Program-made: the position numbers and the translations under genes
NCBI GenBank assembly: GCA_964016885.1
Contig: OZ024757.1
Location: forward strand, 9,796,001-9,860,000
Direction of reading: 5' to 3'
From: Eledone cirrhosa
Taxonomy: Eukaryota
DNA length: 64,000 nucleotides
The notes under the pieces: generated by a model
Databases searched by the model: none
Seen by the model: the letters and a program-made list of their open reading frames with translations, nothing else
Told to the model about the DNA's origin: nothing
Shown here: piece by piece, positions 36,785-49,668 of the stretch
Numbering within the stretch: the stretch's first letter is position 1
Layout: each line of letters begins with the position of its first letter

Positions 36785-37600
36785 GTATTCTTTATTGGCC
36801 ACAAGGGCTAACATGAAGAAAAACATTACAGACGACACAGAACAGTACAGGATGATACAAAGTGGGTTTTGGTCGTGTAAACAGGTTATAACAGGCTAGA
36901 AATCAAAAAAATTCAAACAACAAAAATTACCCAAAAAGGGGGGAAGCTTCCGAGGGTCACTCGTGGCGAAAACTCCCTAAAAGGCCACGGCCACCCTGAC
37001 AACCAGGGCAAGTGCCCTCTCAGTTTTCCACTCCTCAGTCTACAGGCGCATACTTTGAGCAGCCCCGTTCACTCGGCCAGACACGCCACTTTCTCCCACC
37101 TTTCAACAAAATTACTAGAAGACAGCACTTGCCTCTCTATCCCGATTTTCCAAATTCAAGTGAAATTTGAAAAAGTTAATCAGGGATTGGCCGAGGAGGA
37201 AAGTCTCCGTCTTCAATCCTTTCAACCTTGTCCACCATACAATCTCTTTCACCATGGCCACCAGGCGATGAAAACTGCCTGCCCTTCCTCCTCTTTAAAG
37301 GAAGACGCCGGGGCTATCTGCACAAGCTGATAACCGGATCCGTCTTACACGTGACAGCAAATGTTCGACATAGCTCCACGAGTCAGCAATGCTCGGACAC
37401 TACAGACAACAAGCGCCAATCTCGTTGCTAACACCTTGGCCAAAATCTTGAAATCTGCGTTTAACAGGATGGTTCCTTCTTTGGTAAGAGTCGGCCTCGA
37501 GGCCAGCCCGTCCAAGTCGGAGGTGTCAACCACGATTCAGAGAGCTTTACAATCTTCGTCTCGGACGCGCGATCTATACTCCTCCAGGTACAAGAGTCCC
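36785..37600 (-). mobile_element. Tx1/L1-type LINE, internally deleted 3' fragment
   Basis: Minus strand shows GLLYLEE(PGLDG-like region), LLNADFKILAKVLATRLALVV, WWTRLKGLK and LINFFKFHL segments homologous to 52700-54746, plus the GCCCTTGTGGCCAATAAAGAA tail. Confidence 0.8.
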
Positions 37601-38995
37601 CTAAAGAGGATGTCCTAAACCTCGGATCACCGATCCACCTGCCGGCCATCAGGTCTAGGCTCCAGCAGCTCAAGATTCTCACGAGCTGACTGAGCATGAT
37701 TGACGTCCATCCAGCCCTCTTCCTGTTGAGGAACTGCTTCACCATGCAGAAGCTCCTCTATATTCTTCGTAGCGATCCTTGCAACAGCCACACATCTGTA
37801 CTTGCTGACCCCGACACTTGTATCCGAGCAGCAGCTAAGGAGATATGCAACGTCAACAGGCCATCTTACCTATTCGATACGGTGGCCTTGGCCTCCGGCC
37901 CCCGATCTCGCTGGCTTTGCCGGTGTTTCTTTCGTCGGTAACCTTATGCCGCATCCTCATCAACAAGGTTCTCCTAAACACAATGGAACCCACTGAGATC
38001 GAGGAATGTGAGGCCGCCTGCGAGACGTGGAACCGGCTCGGACTCAGCCCAGTAGACGATTTTATGCTTTCCCCCTATCGAAGTCATGTCCCCCCAGAGT
38101 ATTTGGGATGCCATCCAGTGCAACATGGCTTCGGACAGGCTAGCGCGCCAGTTCGACCAGCACCGCCTCGCACTTTTTCGCTCGGCATTGCAATCTCACA
38201 GCACTTCCTGGCTCCATGCCTTACTCTCCCTTTCTACTGGCACGCAGCTGGATAATGATAGCCTGCGCATCACGGTTTCACTGAGGCTTGGCCTCCATAT
38301 GTGCAATCCACACAAATGTCGCTGCAGATCCACCGTAGACTCTTTTGGACTCCACCTGCTGTCCTGTCACTACATTGCTGGCCGCCTTCCACACCATGCT
38401 GTTCTCAACGAGGTTATAAAGCATGGCTTGGATGCTGCAGGCTTTCCCTCCTAGCTTCAGCCGGTGGGGCTGGACAGAGGTGAAGGCAAAAGGCCAGATG
38501 GCATGACCATCTTCCAGTTACGTGGTGGTAAACCCCAAACCTGGGATGCCACATGCAGCGACACATTCTCCAGCGGCAACCTGGTGCAGTCTGCAACTAA
38601 CCCAGATTCTTCTGCACTTCGGGCTGAGGAGGGTCTACTCTCCAAATATCGATTGCTCTCCAACAGGTTTGCAGTCAAGCCCCTAGCAGTGGAAACCTCC
38701 GGTGTCTTTGGCCCTAGGGCTATCTCCTCAACTACCACCATAGGCGCTGAGCTGGGGTGCCGCAGGTGTGAGCCTCACGAGAGGGAATGACTTTTCCAGC
38801 GCATCTCCTTTACCATCCTCCGGGGAAACGCCTTCTCCATTCTGTCCGCCGGAGCCATGGGCGGCCAGCGCACGGGGTCCCATTTGCTCATGATAGTGAG
38901 AGTTGGGGAAGGCGAGAGAGATGGAGGCGATGACAATGGGAGTTCAGACTGGGATCTACGTGCATATGTATGTTTACCATTATTATTATTATTAT
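37595..38995 (+). mobile_element. CRE-clade (RLE-type) non-LTR retrotransposon, 5'-truncated and degenerate
   Basis: LGSPI, QAILPIRYGGLGLR, SWLHAL...LRLG...CRC...HLLSC...HAVLN zinc motif, RPDG...WDATCSDT, PLAVETSGVFG and FQRISFTILRGNA. Ends in (TTA)n. Confidence 0.78.
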
Positions 38996-38996
38996 C

Positions 38997-39166
38997 GAGG
39001 GTCGGACGCCATGCTTTGCAGCAAAGAGTTACGGCCCTTTATGGTCTGAGTTCAAATCTCTCCGAGGTTAACTTTGCCTTTCATCCTTACGGGGTCGATA
39101 AAATAAAGTACCAGCAATACACTGGGTAATTGCTGGCCTTGTGCCAAACGTAGAAACAATTATTAT
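38997..39166 (+). mobile_element. 5'-truncated SINE in (TTA)n tail
   Basis: Matches 28378-28545. Confidence 0.85.
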
Positions 39167-39835
39167 TGATTTCTTTATTGGCCACAAGGGCTGACATCAA
39201 GAAATAAGTAAGTATGTCTCCAAGCCCTCACTGCCCTCTGCCAGCTAGGCACCAGTATCAGTGGAACATCCACCTCGGCGTTCTATAGAGGACTAGTGGA
39301 GGGGAAGAGCGACGACGTTCTCGGAGAGATCCTGGGCGTCGAAAAAGATCAGCTGTTTGCTCTCTTCCGGAGAACTTTCAGCCCAGGGCCTATGGATAAC
39401 TTCCAAAAATCCCTGGCCTAGCAGTGGTGGGTGAATGTATTGAGAATGGTCCGAGTGAACGGGACGGCTCTCAATATACGCCTGTAGTTTGAGAAATGGA
39501 AAAACTTGAGAGAGGGCGCTGGCCCTGGTGGTCAAGGTGGCCGTGGTCTTTTGTGTGGTCTTCGCCACGTGTAACCCTCGGAGGCTTCCCCCCTATTGGG
39601 GAATTTTCCATTGTTTCAATTTGATTTTTATTGTTTACATATGTTTATATATATATATATATATATGTTTTTATGTCTTTTTTTTCTTCTTTTCTTATAT
39701 AAATAATAAAAATCTTTACACGCACAAAACCCAGATCGTACCGTCCTGTACCGTCCTATGCCGTCGTCTGTAATGTTTTTCTTGATGTCAGCCCTTGTGG
39801 CCAATAAAGAAATCATTATTATTATTATTATTATT
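39167..39835 (+). mobile_element. Tx1 3' fragment with internal deletion and inverted duplicate of its own 3' end
   Basis: 39215-39490 is homologous to 54055-54746 with a deletion after ~39428. 39167-39204 is the exact reverse complement of 39778-39815. Confidence 0.82.
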
Positions 39836-39916
39836 ACAGTTGCATTTATCTTGCTTTATATTCATACGAGTTATCACCAAGTCACAATTATTATTATTAT
39901 TATTATTTTTTTTTTT

Positions 39917-42900
39917 TGAGTCTCAGTCATTGATGTTAGTTAACTGGAAAGTTTGTTGAAATGAATATCAAGCCACTACCTGCAGCCTCAGATATTCATG
40001 ACGTATCGGAGGGTTCTTGCTGTTCCCAGCAAGCATGCCTTTTGAAGCGTTCCAAAAAGCGTGAAGGGGCCAATTTTCTTTAACCATCCCTGGAAACTTT
40101 TTGAGATAGTCCCTAGTGCGCCTATGACAATCGGGATCACTTTGACTTCATGGCAGTTCCAAATCCTTTTTACCTCCCACTTTAAGTCCTGGTATCGGTT
40201 AATTTTCTCCCTCTCCTTCTCTTGCACTCTCGTGTCGAATGGGCAGGCCACATCCACAATCAGGCACGATCTTTTTTCTTTGTCCAAAACCACCAGGTCA
40301 GGTCTATTGCGTTCCAGTTTCTTGTCCGTCTGTATCCTAAAATCCCACAGCACCTTCACCTGATCGTTTTCTATCACCGACTCTGGCTTATGCTCACACC
40401 ACTTCTCAGAATGTGGTAAATTGTTTACTTTGCATAGGTGCCAGTGGATCACCCTGCCCATCACATCATGTCTCCAGCCCTTATAGTGAGTCTGGGCTAG
40501 GTGTTTACATTCGGATACAATGTGAGCCACAGTCTCCTCTCTCTCTCCACAGATCCTGCACAGTGGGCTAGCCTCCTCCTTGTAAATGTGGTGTTTCAAC
40601 CACTTCGTTTTGAGGGCCTGCCCCTGCGCAGCCATTAATATTCCTTCTGTAGCCTTTTTAAGGTCTCCTCTTTTAAACCAGTTCCATGTCTGTGGATATC
40701 TAAGTTCAGTTTACTCAAAGAAGGTACTATGAAGGGATTTTTCCTGAAGGCTGTTCTTTCTCCTTGATGTTATTTCCTCCTTGGACATCCCCTGGCCTAT
40801 TGTCCCCTCCTTCAGTACAGTTCTGAGCATTGGCTCCTTACTATCAGTCACGTATTTGTGTAGGTTGTTTTTCTCCATCTGAACACAGTCCTCTATGCTG
40901 ACAAGACCTCTTCCACCCTCAGATCTCCTTAAGTAGAGTCTATCGACATCACTCCTCTTGTGGAACATGTTGTAGATAGTCAATAGCTTCCTAGTCTTCC
41001 TATCCATTTCTTTTTGTTCAGCAACATTCCATCTCAGAATTCCCGCACTGTACCTAATAATAGACACAGCTCGGGAATTTACTGCACTTATGGCATTCCT
41101 ACTGTTCAGATGTGACTTTAATACGCTCCTTACTCTCCGAAGGTATTTCTTATCAATTCCTTCATTTTTTTGTTCTTGATGTCATCAGCCTCCAGAACGC
41201 CCAAATACTTGTATCCTTCCTCAGAGTCAATTTCCTTTATCAACTCACCTGTTGGTATCTGGATTCCGTTACTTCTGCTCAACGTACTCCTCCTCATCAC
41301 AATGACTCCACACTTACTAATACCAAATTGCATACATATGTCATTGCTGAAAATACGGACAGTGTCAACAAGCACACCCAACTCCTTCTCACTCTTCCCG
41401 AAGAGCTTAAGATCGTCCATGAAGAGGAGGTGATTGATGGTAAGCCCTCCCTTTTCCAACCTGTATCCTGCTCACACTTTTCGCAGTACACTGGTCAGGG
41501 GCATCAGGGCAAGGACAAACAACAGAGGGGACAGACTATCTCCCTGGAAGATACCTCTCTTGATCTTCACGCTTCCCAAGGATTCTCCAGTTGATGTTAA
41601 CTCTGTTTCCCAGGACTTCATACTTTTGCCCAACAACTGTCTGATGTTATCTGCCACCTTGAAGATCTCCAGGCTTTTGGTGATCCAAGAATGAGGCACC
41701 ATGTCAAATGCCTTTTTGTAGTCTATCCATCCCATGGCAAGACCAGTGTGTCTTCTCTTGCAATTCCTCATTACCATCTTATCAATAAGTAACTGGTCCT
41801 TTGTACCACGTGACTTCTTTCGGCATCCTTTCTGTTCGTCCGGTAACAAGTTGTTTGTGTGGAGGTGATGGTAGATTTCCTCAGACATAATTGTTTCTAC
41901 TTTTGGCACAAGGCCAGCAATTACCCAGTGCATTACTGGTACTTTATTTTATCGACCCCGTAAGGATGAAAGGCAAAGTCAACCTCGGCGGGATTTGAAC
42001 TCAGATCGTAAAGGGACGTAACTATGCTGGAAAGCATGGCGTCCGACCCTCTACCGATACTGCCAATAGACATAATGCTTGTCAACAGTTTCCACATTAC
42101 GGACAGACATGTGATAGATCTATAGTTGGTAACATCATTACCCTTGATTCGGTCTTTCATTATCAGAACTGTGGTACCTTTTGTCAACCACTCTGGTATC
42201 TCACCTGACATCAAGCAGTCATTGAACATGGTTGTCAGTTTCGGGTGGAGGGATGTTATGTTTTTAATCCAATACCTCTGCACACCATCTGGGCCAGGTG
42301 ATTTCCAGTTGGTTAGTTTTTTGGCCTGCCCCTTAAGAGTTTCAACTGTGATACTCAAATCAGTTTGTTGGTGTGCCTGTTCACTGATCTACTTCTGTAC
42401 TGTTTCAATCCACACAGCCCGGTCATTATGTTTAACATCCTGCTCCCATATTCCTCTCCAGAATGTTCTAGTTTGTTCCGCCTCAGGGATCAAGTCGTTG
42501 CCTCTTTCTTTCCCTTCAAGCTGTCCAAACAGCATCTTCTGGTTGTTGTCGAACATGCGGTTCTCTCTATACTGGCTGACTCTTTTCTCGTATCGCCTGA
42601 TTTTTGTACGCTTTGCTACAATGCGTTGCTTCAGTTCTTCTATGATAATATTTAGCTTTTTCCTCCGAGTTTTTTACTTTATTTCCAGTCTATTTTTAGT
42701 ATCTATGTTTTTTAGTGTCCCATTCAGTAGGGACTCAAGCTTTCCAATGTCATTTCTCATTTCCCTGATTTGACCACTCAGTCGTTTCTTCCACCAAGGC
42801 TCTGCTCTTTCTTGTCTGTTGTTTCCTCTCGCTTTTATACCAAGTAGTTTCCTCACCGTATTTGCTGTTGCTTTGAGGATATTGTTGTACTGGTGAAGGC

Positions 42901-43700
42901 TCCTCGCCTCAAGGTATGGGATGACTTTGTTTATCTTAGCTGTTGTTTCTTTTAACTTTTTCCTGTCTACAAATCTTAGGTTCATAGGTCTCCCACTATC
43001 ATTGTTATACCACTAAGTTTAGGATATCTACCAAATCTTGTCCTAGCCAGTCAGCATTCATCTCCTCAGTGGCCGTATCTCTGTTCCAGGTATTATTTAT
43101 CTCAGCATTCAGATCATTGTCTGTTTCGGATGGTTCCTCCGTTCTCTCGACCCCCCACCTTCATTTCCCACTGGCTCGCTTGCCTGGCATACTCCAACCT
43201 CCATCTCCAAGCTAATCTCTCTGCTCAGTTCCTCCAGTTCCAGCTCGCTTATCCACCCATTAGTTCTTATTACCCGAGCCTGCCCGGCCAGTTTTTGTTC
43301 ATCTAATTTAAATGGACCAAATTCGTTCCAGATGTTATGCATCCTTTTCCTATAGCCTTTCTCCTTGGGGTTACTCTTCAGGTAACATTGCATAACAGTT
43401 CTATTCAATTCTTTCGTCCAGTTGGTTCTGGTCCCTTTCATTCTTCTTCTTCCTCCGACACCAGCAGTATTTGGTTGACAGCCAGGTCCCTGCTGCTGAG
43501 CCAGGGAGCACCTGTTGGGTGAGAGTCTGTCACATGACATTCTAGTCTCCATTTCACCGTTATTCGAACTGTTTAGGTTCGACATTTAAACACTCTTATC
43601 GAGGATTGGCGAATGTATGGTTACATAACCACCGGTGAATTACTTGTCTCCGGTGGTTTCGTCACTCCACGTGACTTTTGTGTGGCATTATCACGCTGTA
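39917..43700 (-). mobile_element. R4/Dong-clade LINE family B, near full length, frameshifted
   Basis: N-terminus RTNWTKELNRTVMQCYLKSNP...GYRKRM (43109-43585), [34 protein letters not shown]...HIVSEC and RPDLVV...DVACP RLE. (TAA)n follows the 3' end. Confidence 0.92.
41892..42067 (-). mobile_element. SINE inserted in R4/Dong RT, 9-bp TSD
   Basis: AGACATAAT at 41883-41891 and 42068-42076. Interrupts LLTSIMS|EEIY. Confidence 0.9.
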
Positions 43701-44744
43701 GACGAACCCAAATAAACAAAGAAACAGGCAGAAAAAACCCCCAAAATGAATAAGCATAAGTTTCATTGTAATGTAGTGTTTGAATGTCTGACTTAGTTTT
43801 TCCCTTCCCTTCTCTGTCCGTCCGTTTGTTTTTCTCTTCATTTTTATTTCCTTTACGTTTTTCGTTGTTGCTGTGCTGCTGTGATTTTGATTTTTTTTTT
43901 GATTTTGACCGGGTCATCAATTCAGTCTATTTATATATTTTGATGCCTTCCTCTTTTAGTGAGAATTCTACAATGTAGCAGGGGGTAGCGGGAGAGAATA
44001 GCGGCGGTAGTGATATTGAGGCAGCGGCGGCGGTTGTGGTGGCGGTGCTGTGCCAGCAGCAACTAGCAGAAGGTAGTGGGAGAGAGTAGCGGCGGTAGCG
44101 ATAATGAGGCAGTGGTAGTGGTGATGATGTGGTCTTATTACTGTAGTGATGGTGTTGAAGTTGGAGTAGAAATTTGAGTCGACCTGACCAGAGTTTTCAT
44201 CGTGGTAGTGGTGGTGGTATTGGTGGTGAAATTATCTTTAGTGAAATTATCGTTAGTCGCGTATATGTATTGACATAAATACCTTAATATTGGGATTAAA
44301 CATTTTGTTAAAACTAAAACTTGAGGCAATAGTAATAGTAATTATTATTATTATGCTGAGATTGGTGGTGGTGGTGGTGAAATTGCCGTTATCTGGCTGT
44401 TGTGTTTAGTGTACACAGAGGGGTAATGGGGTAGGTGGTGTATCTAGTTTCTGATGTTGGTGAAATTGCTGGTATTTGGCTGTTCTATATAGTGTAGACA
44501 GAGGGGGTTTTCTTCCATTTATAACCATTTTCTTTTTTGAATATAAAATGTATAATACAAAATTGAATATTTGAGCGATATAACAATATATTGTGGATCC
44601 GAATTTTTTGGGACTCAAGCTGGATGTTTTATGCAACATTTGTACTAAGAATTGTTATTTCACAATTGATTTAAATATGTTAAAAAATCAAAACTTACGG
44701 GAGCGATTTCTCGACCTTCTTACGGGAGCGATTTCTCGACCTTC

Positions 44745-44776
<32 letters not shown>

Positions 44777-47700
44777 CAGTTGCATTTATCTTGCTTTATG
44801 TTCATACGAGTTATCACCAAGTCACAACCAGTGACCTCAAGAGACAACAAGGTCCGCCATGTTCAAGAAAGAACATACATACTCACACATGCATCTTTAG
44901 TGTTTAGACTTGTGATGTACATATATTGACAGAATCTTCCTTAGTATATGGGCAGTTCCCATTAGTACTATCTTTTGTGTTTCTCCTATGCGCGGGTTTC
45001 CTGGGATTTGCGATAAGTAATCATTAGACCCCTTAGGTATCATTCCCAGAGCGCCTACAACCACTGGTATTGTTTTAGTTCTCAATTTCCACATTTTTCC
45101 AATTTCTATCTATACTTGCTCAATTTTTCAAATGTTTTTATAGATACATTCTTGTCTATTGGAACAGACATATCAATTAGCAGGCATACCCTCCTTTGAA
45201 AGTCCTTTAATATTATATCAGGTCTATTTGCATCTATTTTTCGGTCTGTTTCGATGCTAAAGTTCCACAAGATTGAGATGTGATCTTTTTCAAGTATGGG
45301 AGGTGGTTGATGCTCCCACCAATTCTTTTGATGGGGCAGGTCAAAATGCTTACACATTATCCAATGGTCTCTGGTTGTTTTTTGCATACAAGGCATAATG
45401 GGCTGCACCCATTTTTTATTATGTTGGCTTGGTAATTTTTTGTTGGCAGACACTGATCTTGTGCTGATATAATCAGTCCTTCAGTCTCCGATTTCAGTCC
45501 AGAAGATGCTAACCACTGATGGGTTAAAGTTTTGTCAACATCAGGATTGTTAGCTCGCTCTGGGTATTTTCCATATAGAGGCTTTTCTTGCCATTTCTTA
45601 GACAGTTTCTGTAGCAGTTCTTTCTTTGCAGTTACTTTTACCTGCTTTGCTTTTTCTGTGTTTTCCATTTCAGCAGTAAATGGGACTTCTGAAATTTGTA
45701 GTCCATTACTGTATCTTTGTGCATCTTTTGTAATGGAATATGATCTTTTGATGCTTTCGTGTTTCAAAACGAGTTTGATCATCCAATCATGTGATTCCCT
45801 TAGATATGTAGATAATCCAATTGTTGCAGTTTTCAACACAATGTCTAACTGGATTAACCCACGTCCTCCTTCTTTCCTAGGGAGATATATTCTATCTATA
45901 TCTGCCTTAGGGTGATGCATTCTGTGCATGGTTAAGAATTTTCGAATTTTTGTATCGAGCCTACGGATCTCTGTGCTTGACCAGTTGATGACATTGTAAC
46001 TGTAGGTTACTACTGGTATGGCAAGCGTGTTTATGGCATCGATCCTATTCCTTGCATTCAATTCCGTTCTTAAGATTGCTCTTACTCTGCGGTAACATTC
46101 CTTCCTTATCCTTTCCCTCATTGTCGAGTGCTTGATTCCGTCTCCTTCACAAACACCTAGATATTTGTAAGTTTTTTCTTGATCAAGTTCTCTTATCACG
46201 TTCCCCCGATCAAGATTAATGTCTGAACTCTTCAGCAGCTTTCCTCTGGTGAACGTTGCTTTGGCGCATTTATCTAGTCCAAACTCCATTTTAATGTCAT
46301 CACTGAACTGCTCCACAGTGGATAATAGCCCTTGCAATTGTTCATCATTTTTTGCAAATAGTTTCAGGTCATCCATGTAGAACAGGTGATTAATGGTTTT
46401 GTCATAGACTTTATATCCATGTTTTGTTTCATTGAGCATTTTACTTAATGGTATAAGTGCGATGTAGAATAAAAGCGGTGATAAAGAGTCACCCTGAAAA
46501 TTTCCACAATTAATATTAACTTCTCCAGCTTCCAGTGATTTTGTTTCACTATTCAAAAGGAGTGTCGTTTTCCATGTCTTCATACTGAATGACAAAAACC
46601 TCCTGACAACGGGGGATATTTTGAATTATTATTATTATTATTATTATTATTGTTGTTATTCCTTGAATCTCAGTCATTGATGTTGGTTAACTGGAAAGTC
46701 CGTTGGAATGAATATCAAGCCACTACCTGCAGTCTCAGATATTCAGGACGTATCGGAGGGTTATTGCTATTCCCAGCAAGCATGCCTTTTGAAGCGTTCC
46801 AAAAAGCGTGAGGGGGCCGATTTTCTTTAACCATCCCTGGAAACTTTTGGAGATAGTCCCCAGTGCGCCTATGACAATCGGGATCACTTTGACTTCATGG
46901 CAGTTCCAAATCCTTTTCACCTCCCACTTTAGGTCCTGGTATCGGTTAATTTTCTCCCTCTCCTTCTCTTGCACTCTCGTGTCGAATGGGCACGCCACAT
47001 CCACAATCAGACACGATCCTTTTTCTTTGTCCACAAGCACCAGGTCAGGTCTATTGTGTTCCAGTTTCTTGTCCGTCTGTATCCTAAAATCCTACAGCAC
47101 ATTCACCTGATCGTTCTCCGTCACCGCCTCTGGCCTATGCTCATACCATTTCTCAGAATGTGGTAAATTGTTTACTTTGCACAGGTGCCAGTGGATCACC
47201 CTGCCCATCACATCATGTCTCCAGCCCTTATAGTGAGTCAGCTTCCAGTGATTTTGTTTCACTATTCAAACGGAGTGTCGTTTTCCATGTCTTCATACTG
47301 AATGACAAAAACCTCCTGACAACGGGTGATATTTTGAAAATCTCTAAACATTTTTCAATCCAACTGTGTGGAAAACTATCGAATGCTTTTTTATAATCTA
47401 TCCAAGCAATCGATAGATTTTTGTGTCTATTATGACAATCTTCCAGTATCATTTTGTTAACCAGAAGCTGATCCTTACAGCCATATGAGCCTCGTTTACA
47501 CCCTTTCTGCTCAATGGGAAATAGGTCATTTGTTATCAGGTGGTCATATGTGTATTCAGTTAAGTCTGATTTTAAAATTTTATACATTGTGGTCAAGCAA
47601 GTTATCGGTCAGTAATTTTTGGGATTGTTTGTCTCATCATTCTTCGGAAGCAGGAATGTAATGCCGTTAACTAGCCATGATGGTATCTTTTCTGGCTCCT

Positions 47701-49104
47701 TAACTATTTCATTGTAAAGTAGGGCTAACAGCTCATGAGACTCTGTGAAGGCATTTATTCGAAAGTTTTGTATTTTGTCTTTTCCTGGGGATTTCCATTT
47801 GCTGGTTTTTCTTAGAGCCAAGCGCAACTGTTCAACTGTTATATTTTCCCATATTTGTTCCTCAAGGTGAGCTGTATCTTTCATTTGTCTGTCTATTCAT
47901 GGGGCATGTATGTTATGAACTTTTTCTTCGGCCCAGATCTTTTCCCAGAATTCTTGCACTTCCTCCATGGGTGGTATTGATTTAGCAGTTATTGTTGACT
48001 TACCAATTTTTCAGTAGAAGTTTCTTTGGTTGTTTTTGTCCTTATAGAATCTAGATCGTTTTTCAAAGCGCCTGATACGAGCAGCTTTGGCCGACACTTT
48101 TTGCTTGATTATTTCTATCAGCATGTCTATGTTACATGTTGATTTTATACTGTACTTTTTTTTCAATTTTCTAAGTTTAGTTTGTTTAACATGTTCACCT
48201 ACTTTATAGTTTGTTAAAATTTCTATGTCAGATCGGAGAAGGTTTATTTGGCGATTGATGTTCTCTTGCCAAGTAGATTTCTTGTGGGAATTCCTTTGTT
48301 TTTTCATTTTCACTCCACATAAGTGAGTGGTGACTTTAGCCAATGCATAATAGAGATGATTTAAATCAGTAATGTATAGTTTGTTTGTGATGATAATGTT
48401 TTTGAAAATTATGTTAGTCTTGTGTATTATCTTTTGGTTCTGTTTGGAGTTCTGAATCTTAGGGAGGGTGTCTCGTTGCCCCATGTCAGATTATTTCATT
48501 TTCATCCATTCGATCATAATTTCATCCTTCAAGTTGTCAAATTCATTCTCATTCATTTCTTTATCATTTACGATTTCATTATTTTCATTTGGAGTTTCAT
48601 CTTGAGCATGCACTCCCTCCACTTTTTCGATCCTTTCTTTAATTTGTTCTGTTGCCAGTGATTCCGCCCCAACCCTGGGATTCGAAGTGTTACAATTTAC
48701 CTCGTTTTCACTGACAAATGTTTCATTTTCCCTTCGCTGACATTGTGCTAATAGCTTGATCTGATCAATTTCTATATCAGTTAGTAACTTTTTTCTTACA
48801 ATATTTCTTCGTATATTGGCTAGTTTGTTACTGTCAATATAGCCTCTGTTTTCGGGATGTTTCTTTTTCCAGTTGATATATGTCTGTTCTGTATTCGATG
48901 TATTTGATGGGTAGTACATGGCAGTGTAGAAAGCCTCAAGGACTTCTTTATTATCTTCCCTTGACCATTTTTTTTCTCTTTTTCTTTGGATTTCTTGGTG
49001 GTGAGCATGGAGGGCCAACAGTAGGAGTATTCCGGTTATGGGAGGTCTCCAGCTCCGAAGTGATGGGAAGGTTTGAACCATTAGCTGATTTTTCGACCCC
49101 AGTC

Positions 49105-49105
<1 letters not shown>
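44777..49105 (-). mobile_element. R4/Dong-clade LINE family A, near full length, interrupted at 46626-47238
   Basis: ORF pieces 48491-49105 (KWSREDNKEVLEAFY), 48011-48484, 47609-47884 (KSPGKD), 47228-47596, 45357-46595 ([18 protein letters not shown]) and the RLE at 44897-45350. (TAA)n at both ends. Confidence 0.92.
46655..47238 (-). mobile_element. R4/Dong family B 5'-truncated copy nested in family A
   Basis: RLE C-terminus ...LRYVLNI and 3' UTR like 61490-62070, with a TTA tail at 46626-46655. Confidence 0.9.
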
Positions 49106-49166
<61 letters not shown>

Positions 49167-49668
49167 GGCAACCTACGTAGTAAATCGTATCATCGTGAGC
49201 TCCGCAAAGGTTTGTTATTTCCGTTTGTTAAAAATTGCCATTTATGGAAAATGTTTATTGTTAACTATATATAAGCGCATATACATTGTTTTCCGAAAAG
49301 GACACCCAAACAGATTGGGGCCTTGTGCCCAAAATTTAAACTTTTATGATTATCAAAAAATTTCTTTGTAAAAAAAATGTCTAATTCACCACTGCACCAA
49401 GCAGCTGAAAGCCTTTCTCACAAATTAACACCTCACACCGACACACCATTTAAAATGATTATACGTCTTCCAACACAAACAATTTAAGCACTAGCAATAT
49501 TTTAAATTTGTCTCAGGCAGACATTCATTTCCCGCCATTACCAATGACTGCAGGTGTTAAAGCCGCCACCACCACCAACGCGACACCACCACCCCCGCCA
49601 CGACCGCGACAACAGAAACAAAAGGAAAAAATAAATCAAGTCGTGATGTCGAAATATTTTCAACCAAA

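Noticed and set aside
40061-43522. Plus-strand ORFs over the R4/Dong element, and minus-strand ORFs over Tx1 (51416-60269)
   Set aside because: They are antisense shadows of retrotransposon coding sequence with no independent motifs.
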